Under the pieces are notes generated by a model. The model was not told where the DNA came from. It was given only the letters and a program-made list of their open reading frames with translations, and did no database searches. Of a stretch of 64,000 bases of DNA, positions 51,454 to 62,917 are shown one piece after another. Positions within the stretch are counted from its first letter, which is position 1; every line of letters begins with the position of its first letter. This DNA is from an uncultured delta proteobacterium (GTDB lineage Bacteria; Desulfobacterota; Binatia; UBA9968), in assembly GCA_963728565.1 (NCBI GenBank), contig CAVSLC010000002.1:184752-248751 (forward strand). Reading direction: 5' to 3'. Made by a program: the position numbers and the translations under genes.

Positions 51454-54400
51454 TCAATCAGTAGGTCCCATAACCGGTAAATAAATTTGAAAAGACGTTC
51501 CCGCGCCGGGCTTACTCGTCACCTGGATGGAACCTTTGTGGTGCTTGAGAATTCCATATACGACGGCTAGACCCAAGCCGGTTCCCCGGCCAGCGCCCTT
51601 GGTGGTGAAGAAAGGCTCAAAAATCCGACCCAGGACCTTTTCATCTATTCCCTCGCCGGTATCGTTGACGTCAATGCGCACATATTGTTCGGCCGTGACC
51701 TCCTCGGAGCTAGGCACGGCATTACGCACGGCATTACGATTGACCAGCGAGGTCTTCAGAGTAAGAGTGCCGCCACTAGGCATCGCGTCGCGCGCGTTCA
51801 GGCAAAGATTTAACAGAGCTTGAAAAATCTGATTGCGGTCGGCCAAGAGCGGCGGGATCTGCCGGCTTAATTCGAGCTTGATTTCGATCGTTTGCGGCGA
51901 GGACTTGCCGAACAACTGCGCCAGCTTCCTCGACCAGACTATCAATGTTTACCAGCTCGAACTTAGGTTCTGTTTTGCGCGCTAATGTTAGTAGCTGCTG
52001 GACTATGGTCGCGCCTCGTGTGGTGCTGTCAAGAATCGCCGAAACACTTTCCGTGACCAGTTCATCGGCGATCTTGGAATCTCGCAAGACGAAAGCGTAT
52101 CCCTGCACGATATTTAAAATGTTGTTGAAGTCGTGCGCGATCCCCGCCGCCAGGGTGCCAAGGCTTTCCATCTTCTGCGCCTGGCGAAGCTCGCCTTCGA
52201 GCCATAGTCGCTCTGCTTCGGCTTGTCTGCGCCCGGTGATGTCCTCAATCGCCAGCAGTATCGAGTTGCCATCGTCACCGTGATCGCTGGAGAGCTTGCG
52301 GGCGTTCAGAGACATAATCTTGCGGCCGATGCCAGGAAAGTCGTGCTCCACCTCAAAGTTATCGATGTGCGAGTCGCGGCTGACGATAACCTCCAACAGC
52401 TCGCGTAATCTGGGAATTTTCCATTGACCGCTTCCCAGATCGTAGATGAGCCGATGTTCAGTCTCAGACGGCGATACCTGGAAAGTCCGGTAAAAGGCAC
52501 GGTTGGCGGAGATCACTTTCAGCTGCGCGTCGAGCACAAGCAGGGAAATAGGCACCGTCTGAATGATGTTGTCGGTATAATCACGGGCCCGACGCATCGC
52601 CTCTTCCGATTGCTTGAGGCGGGTCACGTCGGTGAACGTGAAGACCACGCCGTCGATGACGTCGTTCAGGGTGCGATAGGGAACGCAGCGCATCATGTAC
52701 CACGACCCGTTTGCGACCGCGACCTCCTGCTCGTAAGTCGCCAAATTCTTGAGCACGGCGTCGGCCACGCTGGTCAGACTCACGTTGACGAGCTGATTTG
52801 CGATATCCTTGATCGGACGGCCGACATCCAGGCTCAGTAAGTTCATCAGCCGTGTTGCCGAAGCGGTGAAACGGCGGATGCAGAATCCCCGGTCCAAAAA
52901 TAACGTCGCGACATCCGAGCTGTTTAAAAAATTCGCCAGATCGTCGTTGGCCTTGCTAAGGTCTTCGAGTTTTTCGTTGAGCTGGTTGTTGACGGTGATT
53001 AATTCCTCATTGACCGATTGCAATTCTTCCTTGGAGGTTTCCAGCTCTTCATTCGTGGCCTGTAACTCCTCGTTGGTCGCCAGCACTTCCTCGTTGGCGG
53101 CGGTGAATTCTTCATGCGTCACCTGATAAGTTTCGATGGCCGTTTGAAGGTCCTGTTTTAACCTATCGTTCTCGGCCTCCAGCTGGGTCGCGATGTCGCC
53201 ATCCTGAGGTTTGGATTCCTGACGTGCCACAGGCTCGGACCTAGGCTGCGGCTGCGCCGGCTGGAAGATGACCGCGATCAGGCGCTTGCGCGAGATCGGA
53301 TCTTTGACCGGCTTGACGGTAATCTTAACTATCTCGGCAGGATCGTTGCGGTTAATCTCGCGAAGTTGCAAGGTGACGTTTACATCTTCGCGCTCGGCAC
53401 GATCGACGGCGAGACGCAGCGCAACGGCATGGTCCTTTTCGATCATGCTAAAAAGATTAAGGGTGGCGTCGCCGGGTGGGTGCGACAGATACTTATCCGT
53501 CGCGCCATAAAAGTGAAGGATCTCGCCGGTTGGCCTGATCAGGACCATGCTTGCATTGAAGTGATCCAGGAGCACCTGCTGGTTCAAGTCGGCGAGTTTG
53601 ATCGGATGCTGCTCTTCCGATTTGATCGCATGGGTCGCTGTTCTCGTAGGAAAGCTACGAAAGGGAACAGCCACCGACGGGCGCCGCTGAAAGATGCGCC
53701 AGCTTCGTGAGACCGGCTCGAACAGATCGCTTTGATCGATGCTGGTATCGGCTTTTCCTAAAAACAGATAGCGGTCCGGTTTCAAAGCGAAGCCGAAGAG
53801 GTTGAGAATTTTTTGTTGGACCTCCGGCTCTATGTAGATCATCAAGTTGCGACAACTGATCAAGTCCATTCGCAGGAACGGCGGATCTTGAATCACGTTG
53901 TGTTCGGCAAAGGTCACGCATTCGCGGATTCTTGGCTCGATCTGGTAGATGCTGTCCCTTTTGATAAAAAACCGCGCCAGGCGCTCCTCGCTGACGTCGC
54001 CGGCGATGCTTTGCGGATAATCCCTTCGCGCGCGGATTTAAGTGCATCGCTGTCGATGTCGGACGCGAACATCTGCAGGCTCAGATTTTTTCTCGCCGCG
54101 GCCATTTCCTCCATCACTAAAATCGCGATGGAATAAGCCTCCTCGCCGGTGGCGCAGCCGGCAATCCAGGCGCGCAGAGGACTTGCGCGGTTACTTTCCT
54201 GGACCAGCGGTCTGATGACTTTCTCGCGCAGCTCGTCGAACGCCTCCGGGTCGCGGAAGAAACTGGTCACGCCGATCAGCATGTCTTTGGCAAGCTGTGC
54301 CAGCTCGGCGGGATTATCCCTGAGAAAAGCATAATAAGCGGATATGTCCTGGATACGATTGACACCCATGCGGCGCTCGATGCGGCGCCGGACGGTAGTC

Positions 54401-55083
54401 TTTTTGTAACAGCGGAAATCGCTCTTGGTTTCGTTGACCAGCAGCTCCAGAATGGCGTCGATGCCATCACTGATCGTCTGCGGTGGCGCTCCATCGTGAT
54501 CGGCAACTTGGCGCACATACTGAAGCAGCTTGGCGGGAATTTCCTGAACCGGCAAAACAAAATCCACCAGGCCGGTGGCGATGGCGCTCTCGATCATGGA
54601 ATCAAACTGGGCGCTCTCCGGATTCTGTACGATCACCAGACCGCCGGCGCCGCGTATTTCTCTAATCCCGAGAGTTCCATCCGAGCCGCCGCCTGAGAGC
54701 AGGACGGCAATAGCGTCGGCGCCATGGTCATGAGCCAGGGAGCGAAAGAAAAAATCAATGGGCAGTCGCAAGCCATCCCGTTTGATCGGCTCGCTCAGCC
54801 GCAGCACGCCGTCGTCTAGAGAAATATACTTGTTGGGCGGGATGGTATAAACGCAGTTGGCCTGGACCGGCGCTCGATCCCTTGCTTCGATCACCTTCAT
54901 CCCTGTTTGGCGCGCCAAGACTTCGGACATGTAGCTGACGTGGTTAGGATCGAGGTGCTGTACGACCACGAAGGCAAGTCCGGTTTCGGCACCGGCTCCC
55001 GTAAAGAATTCTTTGAGCGGATCCATAGCGCCCGCTGAAGCGCCGATGCCGACTACTCTGGGATTTCGTCCGGGATCACTCAT
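51454..55083 (-). CDS. CheB-CheR-PAS histidine kinase fusion; frameshifts near 54015 and 51930
   Basis: GASAG/QHL/SDG, GVTSFFRD, GCATGEEAYS, SCRNL, NEELQ coiled coil, PAS, AHDFNN, GTGLGL. Confidence 0.88.
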
Positions 55084-55403
55084 ACATAGACGAATCCTAT
55101 CGCGCACAAACTAATCGTCAAGTAGGTATTTTTCATAATTCTTCTCGCAATAGCAGACTTTTCCAGGATCCGTCTAGCGTGTTTTACCTCTTTAGCTGTA
55201 ACTAAGAGAGCAGCGTTGGTGAGCTAGGTCTCGGCAATAGCCGTGACGATCTCGTGACCTTTACTGCCCCAAGGTAGGCGGGCGTGGTGGCGATTAGGCT
55301 CGGAACTCCAATGCCACAATCACCGGAGTACGCGACTGTGTTTACGTCCTCAAGCGGCATATTCGGTGAGTAGCAGGAAGGCTCAGATGATGAGTTAACG
55401 GCG

Positions 55404-55643
55404 TCAGTTGAGGATGGTCATCGACTTTCGGATGTCCGGAACCGCCTCGGGACACAGCTCGTGTGCAAGTTGAAGAAGTCGTACAACGTCGAGCGCATTG
55501 CATATCACCTGCCATGTTGATTTTGCTCCTGCGGAAGAAATCGGTAGGGCTCGGGTTAACGCAGAATGCACAGAAGAATTTGCTAATGCGTTTTCCACTA
55601 AACACTGATAGTCCTCTTCCTGAAGGTAAACCTGGATTGCCAC
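55404..55643 (-). CDS. Small hypothetical protein (C...CPE family)
   Basis: 79 aa; similar to 24773-25027. Confidence 0.55.
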   Translation of the reverse strand: MAIQVYLQEEDYQCLVENALANSSVHSALTRALPISSAGAKSTWQVICNALDVVRLLQLAHELCPEAVPDIRKSMTILN

Positions 55644-56025
55644 CGCCGCAGCTTAACTTGCCGCAGAATAATAGCAAGAGGAAAACCACAAGCGCTTAAA
55701 CTTGAACACGCTCATCGTTGTAACATCGCTTCATTCCGAGTCTCACATGTTTGATGACTCTGTTCTACAGGGCTAGTTGTGGCCGACGAGTACGGTAGCA
55801 ACTCCAATGATCGCTTTGATTAATAGCAGCTCGATTTGTAAAGTGTCGTTCGCCCTTCTGGTGCATTAGCCGAATCAAGTTTTCTCAAACATTTATTGAC
55901 ACGTCTGTTGAGGCTTTGCTAAATCTTCAATCGCCCGTTCTTGAGCCTGCCTCTAGCCTCACGATCTCTCTACTGAGCTTCCGAACGGCCTGAACTCTTA
56001 CGCACGATTCTTGGGGGATCGGGCA

Positions 56026-56397
56026 ATGAGCAAGAAAATTCTGGTGGTTGAGGATGAACTGGATAACCTGAAACTCGTAAGTCACTTCCTGAATCAGGCA
56101 GGCTACGAAGTCTCTGGGGCAAAAGACGGTGTTGAAGCTATGGAGCTGTTGGGGCACTCTCGATTCGATCTTGTGCTTTCCGATCTTAGAATGCCGGGTA
56201 TGGATGGTGTAACCCTTGCTTCGCACATTGTCTCCAGCGACCCAACCACTCCTATTCTCCTGATGACGGCTTACTACTTCGATAGTCGTGCAGACATCTT
56301 GGAACTGGGCGTCCGATGCCTGAGGAAGCCGTTTTCGCCCGACGAGTTGCTATCGGAAATTCAGAAGGTGATCGGCGAAGAGCAAGCCGAGTTCTGA
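56026..56397 (+). CDS. Single-domain response regulator
   Basis: ILVVED, VLSDLRMPGMDG, LRKPF. Confidence 0.9.
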   Translation: MSKKILVVEDELDNLKLVSHFLNQAGYEVSGAKDGVEAMELLGHSRFDLVLSDLRMPGMDGVTLASHIVSSDPTTPILLMTAYYFDSRADILELGVRCLRKPFSPDELLSEIQKVIGEEQAEF

Positions 56398-56420
56398 CTG
56401 TCATACTCTCGCGATGCCCG

Positions 56421-56810
56421 TCAATCATGAGTCGTGTTTATTCGACCCTGCTGGACAAGAGCGTTGATTTTTTTGTGCAGTTCCTGAAGCTTGAACGGTT
56501 TGACTATGTAATCGTTGCATCCCACTCCCATGCAGTTTTGTCGGTCTTGTCGCCGAAATGCTGCGGTCACAGCTATAATCGGCACTTCTTTGGTCTCGGG
56601 GTTTGATCGCAGTATTTCCGTCATCTGTAGGCCATCCATCTCAGGCATCATCAAGTCAATCATAATTAGGTCGGCCTTTTCCTTAAGCGCGGTCTCGACG
56701 CCCTCCTTACCGTTTCTTGCTGTGATAGCAGCAAAGCCCCAGGATTGGATTTGTAGCCGCAGGGCTTCACGCATGCCAGGATGATCTTCGACAATCAAGA
56801 TCTTCTTCAT
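56421..56810 (-). CDS. Single-domain response regulator (DivK-like)
   Basis: ILIVED, IDLMMPEMDG, YIVKPF. Confidence 0.9.
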   Translation of the reverse strand: MKKILIVEDHPGMREALRLQIQSWGFAAITARNGKEGVETALKEKADLIMIDLMMPEMDGLQMTEILRSNPETKEVPIIAVTAAFRRQDRQNCMGVGCNDYIVKPFKLQELHKKINALVQQGRINTTHD

Positions 56811-56842
56811 CGACGTAACTAGCTTCGACTTAGAGCCTTGAT

Positions 56843-57979
56843 CTACTTAGTACCGTCTAGCGGAAGTGAGACTATGAACACAGTGCCTTTTTCAAGCTCA
56901 GTAACATGATGCACGCTTCCGTGGTGCTCGCTTATAATCTGCTCGACGATAGGAAGCCCCAACCCGGTACCTTCGGGCTTGGTGGTTTTGAACAGCTGAA
57001 AGACGTTGAGCCCTTCAGGAATGCCCGTCCCGGTGTCGGCAATTTCTATGATCACACGGTCGGCTCTCTGGTAACCCCGGCACCTCAGGCTGCCGCCCTG
57101 GGGCATCGCTTCAACGGCGTTCTTGCAGAGATTTAGAATAACCTGCTTGATCTTCTCTCGATCAACTGGGATCAATGGCAAATTGGTATCAAATTCGAGC
57201 TCGACGTTAATGCCACAATCTTCATAGTGTGAGATCGCAGGAGCGAGAACCTCCTGAAAAAGTTGTCGCACATCCGTCATTTCAATGTTTATGCCTTGAG
57301 GTTTGGCAAACGAACGATAGTCATTGAGTAATGTAGTCAGCCGCTGGAGTTCTTGACGCGACATTTCAAGTGTTTCTTCGACCACTGGATCAGCCGACCC
57401 GGCGAGAAACTTACTAATAATTTGAAGTGAAGTTGAAAGACCATTTAAAGGATTGCCGATCTCATGCGCAAAAACAGCGGCTGTGGTTCCCAAGGCGGCT
57501 AGTCGTTCATGCTCACGAAGTTTTTGCTCCGCCTCTTTGCGTTCGGTAATGTCGCGGACAACCTTGGTGAATCCATACAACTCTCCGCCATTATTGTAGA
57601 GCGCGGTGATCAATATATTGGCCCAAAATACCGAGCCGTTCTTTCGGACCCGCAAGTTTTCTTCTTCAAAGGTTCCCGCGGCTGCCGCTAGTTCTAATAT
57701 TTTTTTCGGCTTACCGTCCTCACGGTCCTGTGCGGTAAAGAAACATGAAAAGTGCTTTCCAACGATTTCGTCGGTTCGATAGCCTTTGATACGTTGTGCC
57801 CCGGAGTTCCAGGTGATAACGATACCCTTCGGACTCAGCATGTAAATGGCGTAATCTTTGACACCTTCCACTAGCAACCGAAATTGTTCCTCGCTATGTT
57901 GGAGCTTTTCTAAGTTGCTTTCGCTGTCGGCCATTTCGGTTTCCAAGTCCCGATTCATCTCTTCTGGTTGCCTGTTCAT
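56843..57979 (-). CDS. PAS sensor histidine kinase
   Basis: PAS, AHEIGNPL, NAVEAM, GTGLGL. Confidence 0.92.
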   Translation of the reverse strand: MNRQPEEMNRDLETEMADSESNLEKLQHSEEQFRLLVEGVKDYAIYMLSPKGIVITWNSGAQRIKGYRTDEIVGKHFSCFFTAQDREDGKPKKILELAAAAGTFEEENLRVRKNGSVFWANILITALYNNGGELYGFTKVVRDITERKEAEQKLREHERLAALGTTAAVFAHEIGNPLNGLSTSLQIISKFLAGSADPVVEETLEMSRQELQRLTTLLNDYRSFAKPQGINIEMTDVRQLFQEVLAPAISHYEDCGINVELEFDTNLPLIPVDREKIKQVILNLCKNAVEAMPQGGSLRCRGYQRADRVIIEIADTGTGIPEGLNVFQLFKTTKPEGTGLGLPIVEQIISEHHGSVHHVTELEKGTVFIVSLPLDGTK

Positions 57980-58319
57980 CCCATCTCCTTTTTTCTGAGG
58001 CTATAACCGATGCGGACCGGCCCATGAGGAGACTGCTGCGCCAGTGTAGTGGCCAACGAAACGCGGTTTATGCATCGTAACAGCCAACGAGCGCATAACG
58101 TGCATTGTCAGGCGTGGAGCCCTGAGGAACGCCCTGCCGCGGAGTCTAGACCCAAGATGGTCATGCCGCAACCGGCATTGTTAGACTGCACCTGAGAGCC
58201 AAGCGATCGACTCCGCGATAGTTGCAAGTGACACTACCCCAGTGTTCCTGGCAACCGACCCGTTGAGGGTGCCTTAGTGCTCGGTCACAGCTGGCGCGTC
58301 GCTTATTTCTTGCCGGTGG

Positions 58320-58394
58320 CGCGGCTGCAAGGGCGAGCTTGGTCTGCTCGGCGACATCACGCTCTTCAGAAGCATAGGATAGGAAGATGATCAC
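58320..58394 (-). pseudogene. 5' remnant of a TIR-domain gene
   Basis: MIIFLSYASEERDVAEQTKLAL matches the first strand and helix of TIR, then similarity stops. Confidence 0.55.
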
Positions 58395-59027
58395 GGCTTA
58401 CCCCTGCTGCGCGGAACACAGACAGCGAATTTACTTCCATTGGTGAGCACCTTGATGGACGAGCGGAAGCAAAGCCTATGCAAATTTTTCTATTTGATCA
58501 ATGCTCAGATCGGCGATGTTCAGTCAAACCGAATCGGGCAAGAACCGGCGCCTCAAAAGCGAACAACACGCATGATCAAACAACGTTGTCCTCACTGCGC
58601 AGCGAGGGCGCGCGGTTAGTAGCGCAAGGGCTATGGGTGAATCACCGACAGGAATTTAAAAAACCTTACAAATGGCGAAGAGACATAGGGGCTTCAGTTG
58701 ACGAATAAGGATTACATCGCGCACGTTAAGGTTTCGAATACAGGCTAGAGGGACGGGTCTTAAACGAAACAGATGACCTGACTACTGATCATGTTTGCTT
58801 AGTTTCTGAACTTCTCTTTTTAAAAGAGAACGGTCGATCTGAATTACATGCCTTCAGCGTAGCGCTACTTTACTCATGCGCTCCTCCGTCCTGGGCGACG
58901 ATCGTTATTCTGAAACCACCCTGAACATTTGTAAAAGACCAAGAGATCTTAGAAGTCGATCATGTCCACCAGCTAAATCACCTATAAAAGCGAGTCAACC
59001 GTTATCCTGATGGCGTCAATTAATGTC

Positions 59028-60710
59028 TCAGGGGGCGCCAATCTCAAAACCGTAATCGCCGGTGGCAGGGTTCCGGGTATTGCCGATCGTCAGAGTGTAA
59101 GTGCCGCCTTTGCTCAGCGTCTGAACGCCGCGCTCACCGCAAGCAAGACAACTGTTAAACAGCTCCATGCCGTTGTCATCGGCTAAGCGCCAGTTTATGT
59201 ATTCCATTCCCTTGCCGCGTTCTGTTATCCGAAAGGAGACTTTTTGGCCCGGCGTGGCACTGAATACATAAACGTCCTCCGTTCCCGGAGTTTCAATTGT
59301 TCCGGCTCCGGCAGCCGGCATACCGGGCCTGATTCGGTCGCCTACCTTTATCGAGAATTGCTTTGACAAAGGCACATCGTAGAGTTGCAGCCGATACGTG
59401 CCAGTAGCCGGATTACTCTCATGGCCTACTATGAGGCTATAGGTTCCGCCTTTAGTGAGGGTCTGAACTCCAGGTTCGCCGCAGCCCAGGCATGTGTCGA
59501 ACACCACCATGCCGGTGCTATCGGTCAACTGCCATTTAATATAGGACATGCCGGCGCTGTGCTCCCAGTGTCGGAAATAGACCTTTTGCCGCTGCCTTGC
59601 ATCGAATGTGTAGATATCCTGGGCGCCGGGACTTTCGATAATCCCCGCTCCCGGGTCCGGTACATCCTCCTTGATCTGCTCGCCGATCTTTATCGAGAAC
59701 TGATTAGGCGGCGGCACGTCGAACAGCTGAATCTGATAAGTTCCGGTGGCCGGATTTTTGTCGTTGCCGATCGTCAGTGTGTAGGTGCCGCCCTTGGTAA
59801 GAGCTCGCACTCCCGGTTCGGAACATCCCAAGCAAGCGTTGAATATCTCGGTGCCGTCCGTATCGGTCAATTTCCAATTGATATAGTCCATTCCGGTGCT
59901 GCGGCCGAGCACGCGGAAATAAACTCTTTGCCTGGAAGCAGCCTTAAATACATAAACATCCTGTCCATACGGCGTCTCGATAATGCCGGCGCCAGGTCCT
60001 GGAACGCCATCGGCAATCTTGTCACCAATCTTGATCGAAAAGGCGCCATGCGGCGCGGTTGATTTCGCCGTCGCGGCGGAGAATTCCGGTGCAGGCTCGG
60101 GTGACCCGGCCGGCTGTGTAGCGGGCGCGGAAGCGCTGCCAGACCCGGACGATATTTGCTGCGGCGGGTCAGCCTGCCGAACAAGATTTCTCACGGTCAG
60201 GGCGCCCGCGATGACCAGCAAAGCAACCGCAGCGGCAATGATCCAACGGCCCGTAGGCATTCGCCGTCCGGCCGACTTGTTCGTCTGGCTTGCGCCTTGT
60301 GACGGAAGTGGGCGCGCTGGCTCTCTAGCCAGCTGTTCGATGGCCTTAATCAGCCTGCTGAACTCGGGATCGGAATCGTCGCCGCGCCAGTTCATGAGCA
60401 TTGCCGTTTGGATGCGTTTAAACTCGAACGGAATGGCGATGTCCTCAATCAACACCGGAAGCAGACAATCTCGATCGGCGGCCGCCGCCGCTTCGGTCTT
60501 CACCCATCTCGAGCGCACCGATTGATTCGACCACAAGACGATCACGCAGCGCGCCGCATTCAACTCTTCCTCGATTACCTGATCGAATGCTTTACCTAGC
60601 GGAATCTCCCGGTCCCACCAGACCGACCAGCCGCGCGATTCCAAAGCGTCGGCAAATTTCTGCGCAATCGCCCGATCGGCGCTGTCATAGCTGATAAAGA
60701 TGTCATTCAT
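59028..60710 (-). CDS. TIR domain - TM helix - three 114-aa PPC-like repeats
   Basis: DIFISY..D..A, WWD, SRWVKTE; WIIAAAVALLVIAGAL; repeats start at aa 224, 338 and 452. Confidence 0.9.
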   Translation of the reverse strand: MNDIFISYDSADRAIAQKFADALESRGWSVWWDREIPLGKAFDQVIEEELNAARCVIVLWSNQSVRSRWVKTEAAAAADRDCLLPVLIEDIAIPFEFKRIQTAMLMNWRGDDSDPEFSRLIKAIEQLAREPARPLPSQGASQTNKSAGRRMPTGRWIIAAAVALLVIAGALTVRNLVRQADPPQQISSGSGSASAPATQPAGSPEPAPEFSAATAKSTAPHGAFSIKIGDKIADGVPGPGAGIIETPYGQDVYVFKAASRQRVYFRVLGRSTGMDYINWKLTDTDGTEIFNACLGCSEPGVRALTKGGTYTLTIGNDKNPATGTYQIQLFDVPPPNQFSIKIGEQIKEDVPDPGAGIIESPGAQDIYTFDARQRQKVYFRHWEHSAGMSYIKWQLTDSTGMVVFDTCLGCGEPGVQTLTKGGTYSLIVGHESNPATGTYRLQLYDVPLSKQFSIKVGDRIRPGMPAAGAGTIETPGTEDVYVFSATPGQKVSFRITERGKGMEYINWRLADDNGMELFNSCLACGERGVQTLSKGGTYTLTIGNTRNPATGDYGFEIGAP

Positions 60711-60899
60711 GAGGGTTACGGCGGAGTGAATCTGACATTAAGTGAAAATAGTATCGATACGGGGGCCGATCGAACGTCGGCGCCGGTGAGAAATCTACTC
60801 TGCGCTCGTTCTCTTGTAAAGCGTTTTTGCCAGGGGAGTCAGCTCGAGAATATGGCAGGTCGATGAAAATAGCGATGCGTCATTCTGTTCATCGTGGAA

Positions 60900-61871
60900 T
60901 CATAATTCGGCAACGTACGTCGCCATGCGCTGGCGAATTTTTTCAGCGGGAAGCTGGCCCATGCCGGCTTGCATATTATCGACTAAATGTTGAACTTTGC
61001 TGGTCGCCGGTATTGCGCACGTGACGGCCGGATGGGAGACGACAAACTTAAGAAAAAATTGCGCCCAACTTGCGCAACCGATCTCCTCGGCAAAGGCCGG
61101 CAGCGGCTTGCCTCTGACTTTGCTAAACAGTTGCGCTTGGGCAAACGGACGGTTAACCAGCACTGCGACACCTCGATCGCCTGCCAGCGGCAAAAGCCGT
61201 TGCTCGGCTTCGCGCTCCGTAATCGAATAATTTAGCTGAACGAAATCGAGTTCCTCGCTTTCGAGTACACGGGCAAGTTGGTCGTAAGCGCTGGCGGTGT
61301 AGTGTGTCATCCCGATGTAGCGAATTCTCCCTTCTGTTTTCCACTGGCGCAGAGTGGTCAAATGGGTGCGCCAATCGACTAGGTTGTGAATTTGCATCAG
61401 GTCGATGGGCTTGGCGCGCAAACGCCGGATGGATTCTTCCATCTGCCGGATGCCTGCCTGGCGGCCGCTGGTCCAAACCTTGGTCGCGACAAAGAGCTTA
61501 CCGTCGAGCTTCAATTCGGTGGCGAGATCTCCGACAACGCTTTCGGATCGCCCGTACATGGGCGAGGAGTCGATCACCGTGCCGCCCAACCGGACAAATT
61601 CGCGCAAAACCTCGCGCAAGGGCGCGCGTTCGGATTGCGCCGATCCGACATCGAAAGTCTGCCAAGTGCCGAGACCGATGACCGGCAGCGATTCGCCCGT
61701 GCGCGAAATCGGTTTGGTTAATATCGGGTTAGATGAAGTGGCTGCTGCCATGTCCGCACCTCCCGCGCTGATAAAGATTCCGGCGCCGACAGCGAGCCGC
61801 AGCAACTCGCGACGGGAAATGGCTAACCTGTCTGTGACGTCCGGCTGTGCCGTTTGCTTGTCGGTTATCAT
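60900..61871 (-). CDS. Aldo/keto reductase with a twin-arginine-like leader
   Basis: SRRELL; IGLGTW, IDSSPMYG, ATKVW, IPAT. Confidence 0.9.
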   Translation of the reverse strand: MITDKQTAQPDVTDRLAISRRELLRLAVGAGIFISAGGADMAAATSSNPILTKPISRTGESLPVIGLGTWQTFDVGSAQSERAPLREVLREFVRLGGTVIDSSPMYGRSESVVGDLATELKLDGKLFVATKVWTSGRQAGIRQMEESIRRLRAKPIDLMQIHNLVDWRTHLTTLRQWKTEGRIRYIGMTHYTASAYDQLARVLESEELDFVQLNYSITEREAEQRLLPLAGDRGVAVLVNRPFAQAQLFSKVRGKPLPAFAEEIGCASWAQFFLKFVVSHPAVTCAIPATSKVQHLVDNMQAGMGQLPAEKIRQRMATYVAEL

Positions 61872-62047
61872 GATTGAAGTCATTGTAGCGTACGATACGA
61901 ACGAAACTAGAGAACGCCTGAACTGTGTAGCGTCACTTTCTGTCGAGCGAAAAATCACCTGGCGGCGGAAGCCTCTCGTGGGCATTTCGAGCAAAGAATT
62001 GGCGATGGCGGATGACGATGAGCGTTTACAATTCCAGCAGCCTAACT

Positions 62048-62917
62048 TCAGATCCCCATCTTGTCTTCTGGTTTGCGCGCTATGGGATCCTTGAGTCTGG
62101 GTATGCCGCGCCAATCGCCCGCCATCCAAAACTCGGTGAGGCTGCCGAAAGTTGCCAGAGCTATGCTTAGGATGAGAATGAAATACCACAAACCATCACT
62201 CACTGCGCCCATTAGTTCCATCAAACCCGCGACCACCTTAGCGGTACCGCCTCCGAGCACGGCGCCGATGGTTAGGCGGACGGCAGTTTGAACGCCATAG
62301 TTGGTCGAGCAGATTCCCCAAAGCGCGCCGATAAAGAAGGCGAGAAACGGCGCTAAGAAAATCGCGAAGATCGGCCCGGCCTCGGCACCCTGGGTCGACG
62401 CCTCCTCGAGCTTCTCGAACTCGGTGCTGCCATCCATTTTGACTTCTCCTCGGATGGTTCTGAATACAAGGAAGACCGCCGAATGAATTCCCAGATCCGG
62501 ACGCATGCCGCTAAAGTACAAATCGACATGCTTCTGCAGTTTCTCTCGCGCCGTGGTTTCGGGAAACAACTCTTTTAGCTCCGTGCCGATTTGCAAACCG
62601 ACCGCATGTTCCTTACGGGCGACAATCAGCAAAATCGTTTTTTTCAGATCCAATTCTCCCAGAGGTAAACTGTGGAAAGCCCTTTCACCGAAGCTTTCGG
62701 GGTCTTCACCCTCGAGACTTTGTAGCGTGATGACGACCACGCTATGGCCGCTCCGGGCCTTGAAACGCTTCATGCGCTTTTCGAGATCTTGATAGCTGGG
62801 CTCGGGCATCATGCCGGCCAGATCATTGATGGTATCGTTCAGAGGAGGAAGCTCGACGGCGCTTAACGGAGAATGAAACGGCAAGCTTAAGAAAGCGACC
62901 AAGAACAGCAGAAGCAT
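62048..62917 (-). CDS. TPM domain membrane protein
   Basis: Signal peptide, INDLAGMM, VVVITLQSLEG, ILLIVA, C-terminal TM helices. Confidence 0.8.
   Translation of the reverse strand: MLLLFLVAFLSLPFHSPLSAVELPPLNDTINDLAGMMPEPSYQDLEKRMKRFKARSGHSVVVITLQSLEGEDPESFGERAFHSLPLGELDLKKTILLIVARKEHAVGLQIGTELKELFPETTAREKLQKHVDLYFSGMRPDLGIHSAVFLVFRTIRGEVKMDGSTEFEKLEEASTQGAEAGPIFAIFLAPFLAFFIGALWGICSTNYGVQTAVRLTIGAVLGGGTAKVVAGLMELMGAVSDGLWYFILILSIALATFGSLTEFWMAGDWRGIPRLKDPIARKPEDKMGI

Noticed and set aside
58093-58186. Integron attC site (GCATAAC...GTTAGAC)
   Set aside because: Inner arms do not pair convincingly; no integrase or cassette array
60900-61871. Tat-like leader on an aldo/keto reductase as a novelty
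   Set aside because: Commonly seen in this AKR subfamily
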